The notes under the pieces were generated by a model. The model saw only the letters and a program-made list of their open reading frames with translations, was not told where the DNA came from and made no database searches. Made by a program: the position numbers and the translations under genes. From Octopus sinensis (taxonomy: Eukaryota): a stretch of DNA of 64,000 nucleotides. The number at the start of each line of letters is the position of its first letter. Position 1 is the stretch's first letter. Where the stretch lies: assembly GCF_006345805.1 (NCBI RefSeq), contig NC_043002.1, positions 67,208,001 to 67,272,000 of the forward strand, written 5' to 3'. Below, in pieces: positions 25,751 to 39,918 of this stretch.

Positions 25751-26170
25751 GATGATGAGCTAGCAGAGTCTTTAACACGCCAAGCAAAATGCTTAGTGAT
25801 ATTTCGTCCGTCTTTACGTTCTGAGTTCAAATTCCGCAGAGGTCGACTTTGCCTTTCATCCTTTCGGGGTCGATAAATTAAGTACTAGTTGCGCACTGGG
25901 GTCGATCTAATTGACTGGCCTTCTACCCTAAATTTCAGGCCTCGTGCCTATAGTAGGAAGGATTATTATTATTATTATTATTATTATGTGCTAACAAAAG
26001 CTTTAATATGCCAGGCAAAATGCCAAGTGACATTTCGTTCGTCTTTGCATCCTGAGTTTAAATTCCGCCGGGATCGACTTGCCATTCATTGCTTTTGGGT
26101 CGATAAAATAAAAGTACAGGGGTCGATGTAATCAGCTAGACCCCTCCTCCAAAATTCCAGGCCTAAGTCC
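25751..26170 (+). mobile_element. Two head-to-tail family-C SINEs separated by (ATT)n
   Basis: Copies at ~25751-25963 and ~25990-26170. Confidence 0.85.
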
Positions 26171-27644
26171 CTAAGCTGAGTTTTTGTACAAGCACATATG
26201 CCACGTGTTGAATCCATTCTCTGTAATCTATTGTAATTCTATGAGCTTGTAGTGGGAATATATAGTCAGTACAAGGTGTTGATGTGGATGTGTGTATATT
26301 ATTACAAGAGTTCATAAAGAGATAAAGAATAAGTTCAAGACCCATATATTTACTGCATAAAAATATTTTTTATTTAATTTTCCATGATGATACATAGAAT
26401 CAAAATGTTGAATGTAGTTGAATGAAGTAATCTATGCAAGGAAGTTCAGAGATGGAAAATGTAGAAATAACAGCTAAGTGGTGATTTTTAGTCATGTGGC
26501 GTAGAGAAATAGACGAGCATATCAATGACGTGAATGGCTCTAAGTCTAATCGATTAAGAAGCGAAGAGCAGAGTTAGCAAGCTGTTTTTATTAATTGAAC
26601 GCTAGACATTCTAGAAACTTCCGAGAGAAAAGCTAAGTTTCTGGAATAATTAAGAATCACGTCTCATAACACAGATGCTTCGAGAAACTTAGAAAAGGGA
26701 GGTTACTCTATAATCTTTCTTGCAAGGGAGATCATTCAACTATTTAGCTACGTAGACAACTACAAGCTAATGAAAAAGCCCCTATGTGGTATCCTGAATT
26801 GCTAAAAAGTGACCGCCATATTTCACTTATATAATACCTTAAAATCTCAAAATGGAAGAACACACTGGATAATGTAGTCCTGGATATAAAGTAGTTGAAA
26901 ATAAAGGTCAGGAGATTTAGAACTGCAACACCTTCATGTGTATGATCTATCAATACTGGCGGGATCACTGGACTAAACCAAAAAGAACTGGTATAACAGT
27001 TCTTTAAAACCGTTGCCTTTTTAGATACAGGCTTCAAATAAGACTATAAAACTGCCCATAACATGAACTCACAGTCCTAAATACGTTAAAAAGAATCCTA
27101 CTTCTTTTGGTACTAGTGATCTTTTAGACCAGTTTAGTGCAGGAACGAGAGATAGAGTTGGCCATCTGCCAAGTTGTTCAGCTATTTTGTTGTGAGTAAT
27201 CTAATTTGTAAATTACAAAACAAAGATTTACATTTTTTCTCTTTAATAAATTCAACACTATTGCATATGATAATGATTGATCTATAATAATTATTGTTTA
27301 AGGCTGTTTCTGCTGTTCCCAGCAGTTTTGTTGCCGCCAATAACTTCAAAATTGGAAATATCTTCAATCATCTAAACCATAATTATCTACAAGTACTTTC
27401 TTAGCTTATACATCTTTCTCCCCCCCCCTTTCTCTCTCTCTCTATATATATATATCTGTATATATATATATTTATGAATGGGTGGGGGAAGAAGTAAATA
27501 CATGTTGAGATTTTCGATTATAAATAAACATTAAATTCGATCATTTACGAATACGAACTAGGATGAAAAAAATATGAACACCGCCACCAGCAGGAATTGA
27601 ACCACGCCTATGTTGTAATCCAAGCAATCGTGCCAACCATTACA

Positions 27645-28465
27645 CACCTTATGTTGGTTTCAAATTTTGGCACAAGGCCAGCTAGTTCGGAGGAGGTGGT
27701 AAGTCGATTGCATCGACCCCAATATGCAACTGGTACTCATTTTATCGACCTCGAAACGATGACAGGCAAAGTTGACCTCGGTGAAATTTGAACTCAGAAC
27801 GTAAAAACGGACAAAATGCCGCTAAGCATTTTTAGCCAGCGTGCTAACGATTTTGTCAGTTCGACGCCTAATAGTAGTGATTTCAAACTTTGGCACAAGG
27901 CCAGCAAACTCAAGGGAAGGGGTAAGTATGAAAGACAAAGTCGATCTCGGCGGAATTTGAACTCAGAATGTAAAGACAACGAACAAAGTGCCGCAAAGTA
28001 TTTTGTCTGGCACGCTAGCGATTCTGCCAGCTTTTTGCCTTCGTTGTAAAGCAACATATTCTTTTCTACTCTAGGTGCAAGGCCCGAAATTTTGGGGGAG
28101 AGGGCTAGTCGATTAGATTGACCCCAGTACGCAACTGGTACTTTATTTATTGACCCCGAAAGGATAAAAGGCAAAGTCGACCTTGGAGGAATTTGAACTC
28201 AGAACGTAACGGCAGGCGAAATACCCATTTCTATTTCTTTACTACCCACAAGGGGCTAAACACAGAGAGGACAAACAAGGACAGACAAACGAATTACGTC
28301 GATTATATCGACCCCAGTGCGTAACTGGTACTTATTTAATCGACCCCGAAAGGATGAAAGGTAAAGTCGACCTCGGCGGAATTTGAACTCAGAAGGTAGT
28401 GGCAAACGAAATACCGCTAAGCATCTCGCCCGGCGCTGCTAACGTTTCTGCCAGCTCGCCGCCTT
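27645..28465 (-). mobile_element. Array of four family-C SINE units including a TSD-flanked dimer
   Basis: Units at ~27645-27870 and ~27875-28042, and a composite at 28061-28465 flanked by tgtaaagcaacatatt (28045-28060 and 28466-28481). Confidence 0.9.
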
Positions 28466-29384
28466 TGTAAAGCAACATATTAAAGCGAATACAGACCGTT
28501 GCATGTATTTCTTCTGTCGTATAAGAGCTATTTATGGTAAGTTAACGATCAAATATGATAGAATTGCTATTAGATTTATCAAGGCAGAAGTCCACTGAAA
28601 AGAAATTATTAGATAAGCTACGTTATTTGAACTATAAGCTACCATAGTTTATTTAATTCTTGGTTGTTTAATGTAATATAGTTTTTTTAATGTGACACTT
28701 CTAAAACAAAATTCTGTCACAATAGTATTTTCCTCTCGCAGTCACCATCAGAATGTTTCGTCAAAATAGAATAATCGCTTTGTACTTTAAACACGTGTAA
28801 CTGAAAAATTTGATCATATCACTTTATAACATTTCGTCTACAACAGTAAGGAGAAAAGAAAGAAAGAAAGAAAGAAAGAAACTTGCATTCAGCTTGTTTT
28901 ACTTATGATGTTTATCTGCAGAAATTGTTACCGGAAGTTAGTTCCATGATGACTGACATATCGGAAATTGAAATTTAGAAACAGTTTTACAACTATTTTA
29001 GATGCATTTTACTTTAATACAGAGGAAAACATGTGTCAGATATGATCATAATTACCATTAATTAAATTTTTTTTTTAATTCTCAAACACTGCGACAATTT
29101 CAGGAAATATTGCACGTTATTTAGTCCTCTTTTTTTCCGTTTTTTCGATGCTTCACAGAAAAGTACATTGAAATTGCGTACGACCACGTTTAAAAGAAAA
29201 ATAGAACTCTAAAATAAATTGTATTTGACAACGAAATGCATATAATTTTTTATGGATGTCGACGATCTAAAAATAATGGTTTCCTAAACCACACACTATA
29301 TCGAGATGAGTTCGTTTATTTGGCAGCGAGTCCATGAAACCAGAACTAGAATTACTCAACTAACGATGGTGATGATGATTCTGG

Positions 29385-29905
29385 CAGCTTCAAATTTTGG
29401 CACAAGGCCAGTAAGTTCTGGGAAAGGGTTAAGTCACTTACATCGACCCCAGGGCTCAAGTGGTACTTTTATTTTATCGACCCCAAAATGATGAAAGGAA
29501 AAGTCGAACTCGGTGGCATTCGGATTCAGAACGTAAAGGGGGGGGGGGCGAAAAGCCGGTAAACATTTTAACCGGCATGCGAACAATTCCGCAGGCTCGC
29601 CGCCTTCGTTAATACTTCTGCTACTACTACTACTACTACTACTACTACTATTACTACTACTACTACTACTACTACTAATAATAATAATAATCCTTTCTAC
29701 TATAGGCACAAGGCCTGACATTTTGGGGGAGGGGGACAAGTCGACTACATCGACCCCATTACGAAACTGGAACTAATTTATCGACCACGAAAAGATGAAA
29801 AGCGAAGTCGACCTCGGTGGAATTTGAACTCAGAACGTATAGACGGACGAAATACCCCTTAACATTTTGTCCGGTGTGCTAATGATTTTGCCAGCTCACC
29901 GCCTT
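29385..29905 (-). mobile_element. Two family-C SINEs separated by (CTA)n/(AAT)n
   Basis: Copies at ~29385-29606 and ~29690-29905. Confidence 0.88.
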
Positions 29906-29924
29906 AATAATAATAATAATAATA

Positions 29925-29969
<45 letters not shown>

Positions 29970-29976
29970 TGATAAC

Positions 29977-30521
29977 TGCTCTGGTGCGGTACCAGGCAGT
30001 GGCTCTCATGGCTTCTGATCTTAACTGATTGGAAGTGTTATCATGTACATTGTTTTGTCTTGGTATAAAAGATGGGCTACAGCAAATATTCTACTCAATA
30101 CCACAGATTTGCTTGTCAGTGGTTTGACCTTAACCAGTTGAGTATCTCCCTTAGTGGCTGACGATATATGCATATCCGATCACCAGCAGAAGTAGTGGGG
30201 TGAGCATTACAGCTGTGTGTTGAAAGGAATTCTTAGAGGTTTGGACAATTCACATTTGGAAACATGGGTGTTTTGTCCAAAATCCTTAAACAATCCTTAT
30301 TCAGGAACCTTTTGAGCGGGATGGGCTACTCGACCAGAAGAAAATTCTAACTGGGCCCCACCTGCAAGGTCATGTGCTGTTTATCTTGATATGGGATCAC
30401 CATGTTGCGCACATATAGTTGTGATGCATGTGCTTGGTGTACCCTTATCAGACGGGTAGTCATGATGGGCATCGTATATTTTACCCGTGTCACTTTGATG
30501 GCATGCACTGCTCGCTCACTC
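29977..30521 (+). mobile_element. 545-bp non-coding repeat, copy 2, inside (AAT)n
   Basis: Starts tgctctggtgcggtaccaggcagtggctctc and ends gcactgctcgctcactc, followed by (GAT)(AAT)n. An (AAT)n array lies on the 5' side. Confidence 0.85.
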
Positions 30522-30555
30522 AGTGATGATGATAATAATAATAATAATAATAATA

Positions 30556-30773
30556 ATCCTTTTATACTATAGGTGCAAGGCCTGAAATTTGTGGGGGTGG
30601 GGCTAATTCGATTACATCAACCCCAGTGCGTAACTGGTACTTAATTTATCGACCCTGAAAAGATGAAAGGCAAAGTCGACCACGGTAGAATTTGAACACA
30701 GAACGTAGCGACGGGCGAAATGCCGCTAAGCATTTCATCCAACCTGCTAACGATTTTGCCAGCTCACCGCCTT
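30556..30773 (-). mobile_element. Family-C SINE
   Basis: Full reverse-complement match to family C. Confidence 0.9.
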
Positions 30774-30827
30774 AATAATAATAATAATAATAATATAATA
30801 ATAATAATAATAATATAATAATAATAA

Positions 30828-30858
<31 letters not shown>

Positions 30859-32134
30859 AAAAAGAAGAAGAAGGAAAAGAAGAAGAAGGAAAATGATGAT
30901 TTCAAATTTTAGCCCAGTGGTCTCTATAACATAAAACTCAGATCTTAGGTTATGTATTAAATACGTAATGAAAAAACCCCGCAAGACTTACATAACATAG
31001 AGGATATGATGTTATTCAAACTTGTTTACACGTTGCGTAGAGCAATTTTAATAAATATTTCGTCTTTTGTATTTGGTGCTCAAGATACTTGATGTGAACT
31101 CGTGTGTTGAAGCATATCTTATTGTATCTTGGAAGGGTCATTATGCCAATAATAAATACATGTACTGGTTGTGTTTCACTTTATTATTTATTTTCCAATT
31201 GGTTAACTATTTAGCCAACAAACTAATCGACTGTCTGATTAATCGTTCGGTCAATCAATAATTCAATCAATCAATCTATCTATCTATCTATCTATCATTC
31301 AATTAGTTAAGTTTGTCAAAGTCCTTTTGTGCCATTTACTGCCTCATCAATGACATGTCTTCTCTACCTGCTTAACTCAAAACAGAAACATAAGCCATAC
31401 AGTATCTCTCACCGGAAATCGAAACCAGGTCCCGTATACGACATTCTGCAAGATTGCTCTCATTCGATCCATACCTTGAGATTTTACCAAAGCGTCGCCT
31501 AATCCCGAGGTATTAGCGTCGTGGAGCATCTAGTTCGGCGTTCCTTGTTCTCTCATAGGAACGGAAAGTACTTTCGGTGATTGAACTCATTTTCCTAAGC
31601 GGCTTATGAAGTATAAATTTAAACGGTAAATAATATTTGAAATCATTCGCTTTCGTATGCGTAAATGCCTGAGAATAACGATAACACATTAATAAATGAG
31701 GCAAGTTTGGCAATGAAATAACCAGGTTATCGTTGGCTGAAAGAAACGCTATTTTTTCCAGCTCGCCATCGATCGAGCAAGGTGTGGAGGCAGTTAAGAG
31801 ATTTTCTTTCTTTTGTTCATTTATAAATTCCAATGAAGCGCATCATGTCGGCGTGTTTAGATTAAAACTTATTAAATATAGTAATATTTATACTTCAATT
31901 ATTTCTCCGCTATGCTCACATTATCTCGTTTTGATTTCTGCTTGTTTGTTTGTTTGTTTCTCTCTCTCTGTCGCTGTATGTCTGTCTGTCTGTCTCTCTC
32001 TCTCTCTAACACACACACACACACACGGTAAAACATGCATACATACATTGTGTTAATCTATAGAAAAAATGAAATTTGTATGTGAATACAAATTACTACA
32101 TACGCATATACACATTAACTACAGAAGCATTATT

Positions 32135-32208
<74 letters not shown>

Positions 32209-32302
32209 GTGTATTAGATAGGAAGATATAGATACAGATATATATGTGCATATATGTATATATGTATACATATGTATGTGTATATATTTATATAATTTAT
32301 AT

Positions 32303-32335
<33 letters not shown>

Positions 32336-32446
32336 TTGTATGTGTGGTTGTACATGAAAAAATACATTAAAGTACTCAATTTGAAATTACAAGGTAGTGT
32401 GTTGGGCCAAGTACAGACAGACAAACGGACGCGCTCGCGCGCACGC

Positions 32447-32479
<33 letters not shown>

Positions 32480-32827
32480 TAAATATATAATTGCAACATC
32501 GATTTTTCTGAACCTTTGGTTTCAAAACCATTTCAAATTACTGATTTTTCCGAACCTAGGGTGGCCACCTCAAATTAAACAAATATTAAATTTCCTTAAA
32601 TTAAATGAAATTCAGGTACCTGTGAATTAGTATAATTGATACGAGTTAATATTATACTGTACAATGTACTGCGAATCAGGGCCGCCTGGTAAACCAGTCT
32701 GGCAGCTGCTGAAATTTGAAGTTCCTGTTCGTAAATTGGTGTGGATTACAAGAGGTTCCGGATTATTTGCGCCAGGGAAGTTGTTGCAGGACATATATTA
32801 TACATTCACACACACACATACATACAT

Positions 32828-32887
<60 letters not shown>

Positions 32888-33464
32888 CTTCATGTGTGTG
32901 TATGTGCGTGAATGAGTGTATCTATGCATCACTGTGTTTGTGCTCGTTTCATTTGTTTACAATCCGGTCTCTAGCGTTTCGACAAACAGGGATGGCTAGA
33001 ATGAATTACAAACTTATTAATAAGTACTGGGATCGATCTGAACGACTGAACTTTTCAATTGCGGCCACACTTGTGAAAATGGAAAATTCGAAATAATTCC
33101 TTATTTTCAAAATGAACAAAGGTGACTACGGAAGAGAAAAAAACAATACTCCATAGGAATTCTAAATCCGAAACTAAACCAGAAATAATCAACGTCGCTA
33201 TCAAAAGCAACTTTCTCTATACAGACGACCCAATAACATGTGTGTCTGAAAGGCTGTAAATAGCGAAAGCGCTTACTCACAATAAGGAGACTTCCTTCCA
33301 CAAGGTTTGTGGTATTCTGTTCTCTTTCAAGATTTTTTTTTATATAATTAATATTTAATTAAAGAAATTTTTTCAAGCACATACATACATACATATATAT
33401 ATATATACTTTAAATTTGACTGCGACCATGCTGGAGCATATATATAGTTCAAATTAACAGAAAA

Positions 33465-33612
33465 TAAAAGACGAGAACAAGTGTAGGAACAACAAGCAGG
33501 CGTATTAGTTTAAAGCTCGGGAAAAATGCAAAAGTCTTCGTGCTTACGCTGTTCGACAGAATGGATTGAGAAGAACGTACGAAGTTCATAGGGTCAGAAA
33601 CTTCAAAAGTCG

Positions 33613-33660
<48 letters not shown>

Positions 33661-33990
33661 GCACACATACATATATTCAAATTAAAAATAAGAAAATGGA
33701 ATTATAGCGTTTAATAAAGAATTATTATCAGCAAAAATCAAACACAGTACCTTATGGCTGTTTCAGTTAAGTCTAATAACGGCCAATTAAGACCAATAAC
33801 ATACACACGTACACACACACACAGTTCAAATTTATAGAAAACAAAAGAAAGATCTGAGAACAACAAACGTGTATTAGTTTAACGCTCGGGAAAAATGCAG
33901 AAGTCTTTTACGTTTCGTGCCTATGCTCTTCGTAAGGAAGGATTGAGGAGAACGTCTAAATTTCAATAATTCAGAAAGTTTACAAATCGT
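33465..33990 (-). mobile_element. Two diverged direct copies of a ~150-bp repeat resembling Penelope-like element termini
   Basis: 33465-33610 and 33835-33990 share gtattagttta..gctcgggaaaaatgca.aagtct... Each contains a degenerate hammerhead-like core on the minus strand. Confidence 0.5.
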
Positions 33991-34106
33991 GACACACACA
34001 CACACACATACGCACACACTCATACACACACACACACACACACACATGTATATATATATATGTATATATGCATGTATGTATGTATCTATCTATATATACA
34101 TTTATT

Positions 34107-34151
<45 letters not shown>

Positions 34152-34751
34152 AATCACACACACACACACACACTTATTACAAGAGTGTTAATAGAGTTTA
34201 GCTAGAATATTGTACAACACTACAATCGAATAAATCAATAGATTTTAGCGAACATTGTATAGACATATGCACACAAATTATCATTAAACACTACATCTCC
34301 GTTAACAGAATGAAAAAAAAATGGATCAACCAGTCTAGCTTTTATCCTGTGTTGGGTTATTGTTAATGACTGAGTTCCTTCTTTAACTATCCAAACACAC
34401 TATCACTAAAGTGTCAAGTAATTCTGCTAGACCGATTTGCATATATTACGCTATTTGAACCAGTTAATTCGAATTATAACTTACTGGTGCGTTAACTGTT
34501 TAGTTTCGATGTTATATATACTGCACGGAAAAATATATCGATTTTGGCCAATACTTATTTACATACATATACATACATACATACATACATATATGTACAC
34601 ATACATATATGTACACAAACATATATGTACACATACATATATGTACACATACATATATGTACATCTACATATGTACATATACATATGTACATATATATAT
34701 ATATATATAATATATGTACATATACATATGTACATATATATATATATATAT

Positions 34752-34782
<31 letters not shown>

Positions 34783-34832
34783 ATATATATATATACATAT
34801 ATTATACATATATATATACATATATATACATA

Positions 34833-35264
34833 CTGTTTACTGTTACTGTTTTACTTGTTTCAGTCATTTGACTGCGGCCATGCTGAGCACCACCGCCTTA
34901 GTCGAGCAAATCGACCCCGGAACTTATTCTTTGTAAGCCCAGTACTTATTCTATCGGTCTCATTTGCCGAACAGCTAAGTGACGAGGACGTAAACACAAC
35001 CAGCATCGGTTGTCAAGCATGCTAGGGGGACAAACACACAGACACACAAACACACACACCCACCACACACACACACACACACACATAGATATACATATAT
35101 ACGACAGGCTTCTTTCAGTTTCCGTCTACCAAATCCACTCACAAGGCTTGGTCTGCCCGGGGCTATAGCAGAAGACACTTGCCCAAGATGCCACGCAGTG
35201 GGACTGAACCCGGAACCATGTGGTTGGTTAGCAAGCTACTTACCACACAGCCACTCCTGCGTCC
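34833..35264 (-). mobile_element. Full-length family-A SINE
   Basis: Reverse-complement end-to-end match to family A. Confidence 0.92.
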
Positions 35265-35465
35265 TATATATACATATATACATATATACACATATATACA
35301 TATATACATATATACACATATATACATATATACACACATATATATATACATATATACGCACGTATATATATATGTATGCATATATATGTATGCATTGTGA
35401 CCAGCGATGTGTAGCAACATCTGATAGCCTGGTCGGTCACGGTGATTACGGTGATATATATATAT

Positions 35466-35778
35466 ATGGCTCAGTGGTTAGAGCTACGGGCTTACGACCG
35501 TGAAGTTGTGAGTTCGAATCCCGGACCGGACTGCGTGTTGTGTTCTTGAGCAAGACACTTTATTTCACGTTGCTCCAGATCACTCAGCTGTAGAAATGAG
35601 TTGACGTCACTGGTGCAAAGCTGTATGGGCCCCTTTGCCTTTCCCTTGGATAGCATCGGTGGCGTGGAGAGAGGAGGCCGGTATGCATGGGTAACCGCTG
35701 GCTTTCCATAAACAAACTTGCTCGGAGGGTAACTTTCTAGGTACAATTCCATGGTCATTCGTGACCGAAGTGGGTCTC
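35466..35778 (+). mobile_element. Family-B CORE-like SINE
   Basis: Clear A box (tggctcagtggttaga) and B box (gagttcgaatccc). Aligns with 18311-18636. Confidence 0.9.
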
Positions 35779-35789
35779 CAATACATATT

Positions 35790-36215
35790 TATCTTTTGCA
35801 CGTTTCAGTCATTAGACAGCAGCCATGCTGGTGCAGTACATTGAAAAAAAAATTATGAATTTATCCCAGGACCTTTTGTTCTTAGGCCTGGTACTTATTC
35901 TATCGGTTTGTTTTTGCCGAACCACTAGTGTTACGAGGACGTCAACAAACCCACGCTGGTTATCAAGAGGTGGTGGGAGACAAACGTAGACAAAAGTCAC
36001 GTACGTGCGCACACAGACACACACACACGAACATACACAAATACACACACATACACACGACCGGCTTCTTTCAGTTTTCTACGAAATCCCCTCACAAGAT
36101 TTGGTCGGCCAGACGCTATTGTAACAGATTTGAACAAAGTGCCACGCAATGGAAATGAACCTGGTACCATGCGATTAAGAAGCGAGCTTTTTACCACAGA
36201 GCCTCGCTTGCGTCC
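35790..36215 (-). mobile_element. Family-A SINE, older copy
   Basis: Degenerate end-to-end match. Confidence 0.8.
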
Positions 36216-36217
36216 AT

Positions 36218-36280
<63 letters not shown>

Positions 36281-36466
36281 ATATATATATATCACATACA
36301 CACACACACATATATATATAACATATATATATATATATACATACATATATATATTTTGACCATATCTCATGGAATAAAACGGCGGGCATTTTGAACTGCC
36401 CATGGTGCATACGTGCATATATATGTAGGTATACGTTCGTATATGTAAGTATTCGTATGTTGTATT

Positions 36467-36515
<49 letters not shown>

Positions 36516-36858
36516 TTATGTTTATCTTCTGTATGTATTCTACTAACTAGGCAAAGCATTCATAAATGCAAAATCAGAAATCCGGATCTAGAATTATACA
36601 GTAATTTTTTTACTAGTTTCATCTTGTCTATTTGTTTTTTCTCCGTGTTGATATATGGACAATTTAGGTGGTTTTAAAGTCAGATCATGGCTGCTATTTT
36701 CAGCATGGTGGTATCTCGTAGATACCCTAATTTATAATTTTAATAATTATTACCTTTGAAGGATATTTTTTCCATGCTGACCACTTGATAAAATCGCTAT
36801 TTTATTTTTAAATTAACGATCTTATCCTTATTTATATAAATTTATATATATACATACA

Positions 36859-36895
<37 letters not shown>

Positions 36896-36910
36896 CACAC
36901 ACACACACAT

Positions 36911-36941
<31 letters not shown>

Positions 36942-37682
36942 AACGGAAGTTTATATTTGCTGCTGATAAGTTGACGCGATGTCGGTAGATTTTGAATATT
37001 TAGAGTATATATTCCCAAGGCATCGATGCTGTTGCCTCGTGGAATATTTATTCCTCCTGGCTTCTTTGCCGATGAGAAGGGCCAGTGGTAAATTGACTTG
37101 ATTAAATTTAATTTAATTTAATTAGGCTGGTTTACCAAAAAGTACGTCGAAACAAAGATGATTAGGTTACATGTTTTTAATTTTCCTTTGAATTCTGAAT
37201 TACTACTATTTAGCGGTCTGAGTTTAGCTGCTCGTTTTAGTGAGTTGAATGGCCTATTAAGGTAATTCCTTAATATTACTGTTGAATGTATATTATATAG
37301 TCTGTTGACTATTTTTTCTTTCTCACTAGACCGCTGGTGGCCAAAAAAAATTCTATTGAATTTTTTGCTACCCTTATATTGATTAATTAAAGATATATAT
37401 ATAAATATATATATGTATATATATATACCTATGTATAAAATATGTATATATTTATACACACACACACGTGTGTGTGTGTGTGTGTGTTTGCTTAAATAGG
37501 TGCTGATAATTGATATCTCTGCTCTGTAGTGTGTATGAATAAAGGGATGATTGCTTGTTACTACTGAATCCAATCAGCCGCGTGCAATTCAGATTTGTTA
37601 TTTCCGGGCTGTACTTGTTAATTAGTATATCTTCTTTTATCCTTAAGTTTCCAAACTTCCCTTTCTCTCCCTTTATCTCTAT

Positions 37683-38030
37683 CTAGCGTGGTTGTCTGAT
37701 GATAAGTTTGTTTCTCAACCGCGTAACACCAGCTTTAGTCTCAGTGCGTAGTACATTGGGCAAATGCCTTCTACCATAGCCTCGGGCTGATGAAAGCCTT
37801 GTGAGTGGATTTGGCAGACGGAAATTGAAAGAAACCCGTCGTATATATACATACATATATATATATATATACACTTCCCCGTTAGCTACCGATTCACCAA
37901 AAATGACGGATACGATAAGTACTATGCTTTAAAAAAAGAACTGGGGTCGATTCCTTTGACTAAAACTTCTTCATGAGCGTGCCCCAATATGGCCGTAGTC
38001 TACTGACAAAAACAAGTTAAAGATAAAAGA
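37683..38030 (+). mobile_element. Degenerate family-A SINE
   Basis: 5' half ttgggcaaatgccttctaccatagcctcgggc...gaaacccgtcg plus the 3' tail. Confidence 0.75.
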
Positions 38031-38263
38031 CATGTGTGCGTGTGTGTGTGGTGTGTGTGCGCGCGCGCGCGTGCGTATGTGTGTTTGTGGTTGTGTATAG
38101 ACAGATAGAGAGAGAGAGAGAGAATGAGAGAGGAGGAAGTGAGAGAGAAGAGAGAAGAGAGAGAGAGAGAGAGAGAAGAAGAGACAAACAGATAGATATT
38201 CAGATAAATACTATCTTTATAAGTTAAAAGTATCAAATTTGTTTTTCATTGTTTCATACGCGC

Positions 38264-38487
38264 TATTTATTTCTTTATTGCCCACAAGGTGCTAAACACA
38301 GAGGGGACAAACAAAGGGATTAAGTCAATTGCATTGACCCCAGTGCGTAATTGGTACTTATTTAATCGACCCCGAAAAGATGAGAGGTAAAGTTGACCTC
38401 AACGAAATTTGAACTCAGAACGAAGCAACAGACGAAATGCCGCTAAGCATTTCACCCGGCGTACTAATGCTTCTGCCAGCTCGCCTT
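38264..38487 (-). mobile_element. Family-C SINE
   Basis: Full reverse-complement match including the ttctttattgcccacaagg tail. Confidence 0.9.
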
Positions 38488-38661
38488 ATATATAATATAT
38501 ATATAGATATATATATATATATATATATATTTCATATACACTATTGAAATACATACACACACACATACCAAAACAAATGTTTGTATTAGGTATGTATATA
38601 TGTATAAATGTACGTATGTATGTGTAGCGAGAAAGAGTTACAGAGACATAGTTAAACAGAC

Positions 38662-38756
<95 letters not shown>

Positions 38757-39719
38757 ACATACTACATGTGTGTGCATATACGTACATTTCGAAAACAGAA
38801 GAACCATCGGAGCCAGAGAGGAGGAGGAGAAGGGAGAGAGAGAGAGAAGGAAGGAGCAAGAGATTTAAATAGAGAGACAGAGAGTATAGTTGCGAAGAAG
38901 ACAATTGTGTGTCAGTTGTGGAAGTGGGTAAGGTAATAACGGTATAAAACGTTACTAGCCTTGTGGCCTTGAAATATAATCGGCACCAATTAGGTTTGTT
39001 ATGAGTTTCACCGACAAAGCACGAGGAACCTACACCATGGTAAACGACTCCAATTAGTGACAAGCAAACTCCCATCATTAGCATAGATTTCAGCACTCTA
39101 CTATGGCGTGTGGTTTGCCCTTATGTTAACCCCTAACCCAAATAGTTTTCAGGATATCATGCGTTCTATAAAGAAAATAATACATCTATCCTTGTTTATC
39201 ACGGTTGTTTGGTGCCAAAAAATAAAACTGAAAAACAGAAAAAAGAAGTGTTTAAAAAATAGGTGATAAATAAATGATAGAACGTATAGAAACAAAAGAT
39301 CGTTCCGAGAACCATGTTGTCCCTCTAATTATCCAAATAACAACTCCAAACAGTTGCTGAACACATACAAGGATATGCTTTATTTTTGGAAAAATACTTA
39401 GAGTAAAATTTAGTAAGATATGAACAGTAAATAATAAATACACTTGTCTTTGTCTTTTGTAAGGATCATGGGTCTTCGTATTTTTTCTGTTCACTGGTGG
39501 CCTGGTGATGTCTACTGCTGGACATGTCACCGAGGAACCCATAGCAGGATGAAATCACGTGAACTGGCAGTTCTGATAGCCATAGCAAACTATTCTCGTC
39601 TGTCAACGATATAATGACGAGTGCTTTGACGCACCACGCGTCCTTTTGAGGGATTTTCTCAAGGTAAATTACGCAGAAGTCTGTTCTAATACAACCTCCA
39701 TTTTAAGTTGGAGACTAAT

Positions 39720-39873
39720 ACATATGTGTCTTTAAATATATATATATATACATATATATATACATATATATATATACACACATATATATACATATATATA
39801 TATATACACATATATATACATATATATATATACACATATATATACATATATATATATACACATATATATATAC

Positions 39874-39918
<45 letters not shown>

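Noticed and set aside
26400-27110. Possible RT relic (LQG-D-S-like trace near 26720)
   Set aside because: It needs several frameshifts, and no second RT motif was found in order.
28930-28938. ETS motifs (ACCGGAAGT here; ACTTCCGG at 56464-56471; CRE/ETS near 53200-53275) as promoters
   Set aside because: Isolated short motifs are expected by chance in 64 kb, and no adjacent supported exon was found.
38638-39096. 152-aa minus-strand ORF
   Set aside because: About half is (TA)n/(TC)n-derived, and the remainder has no recognisable domain.
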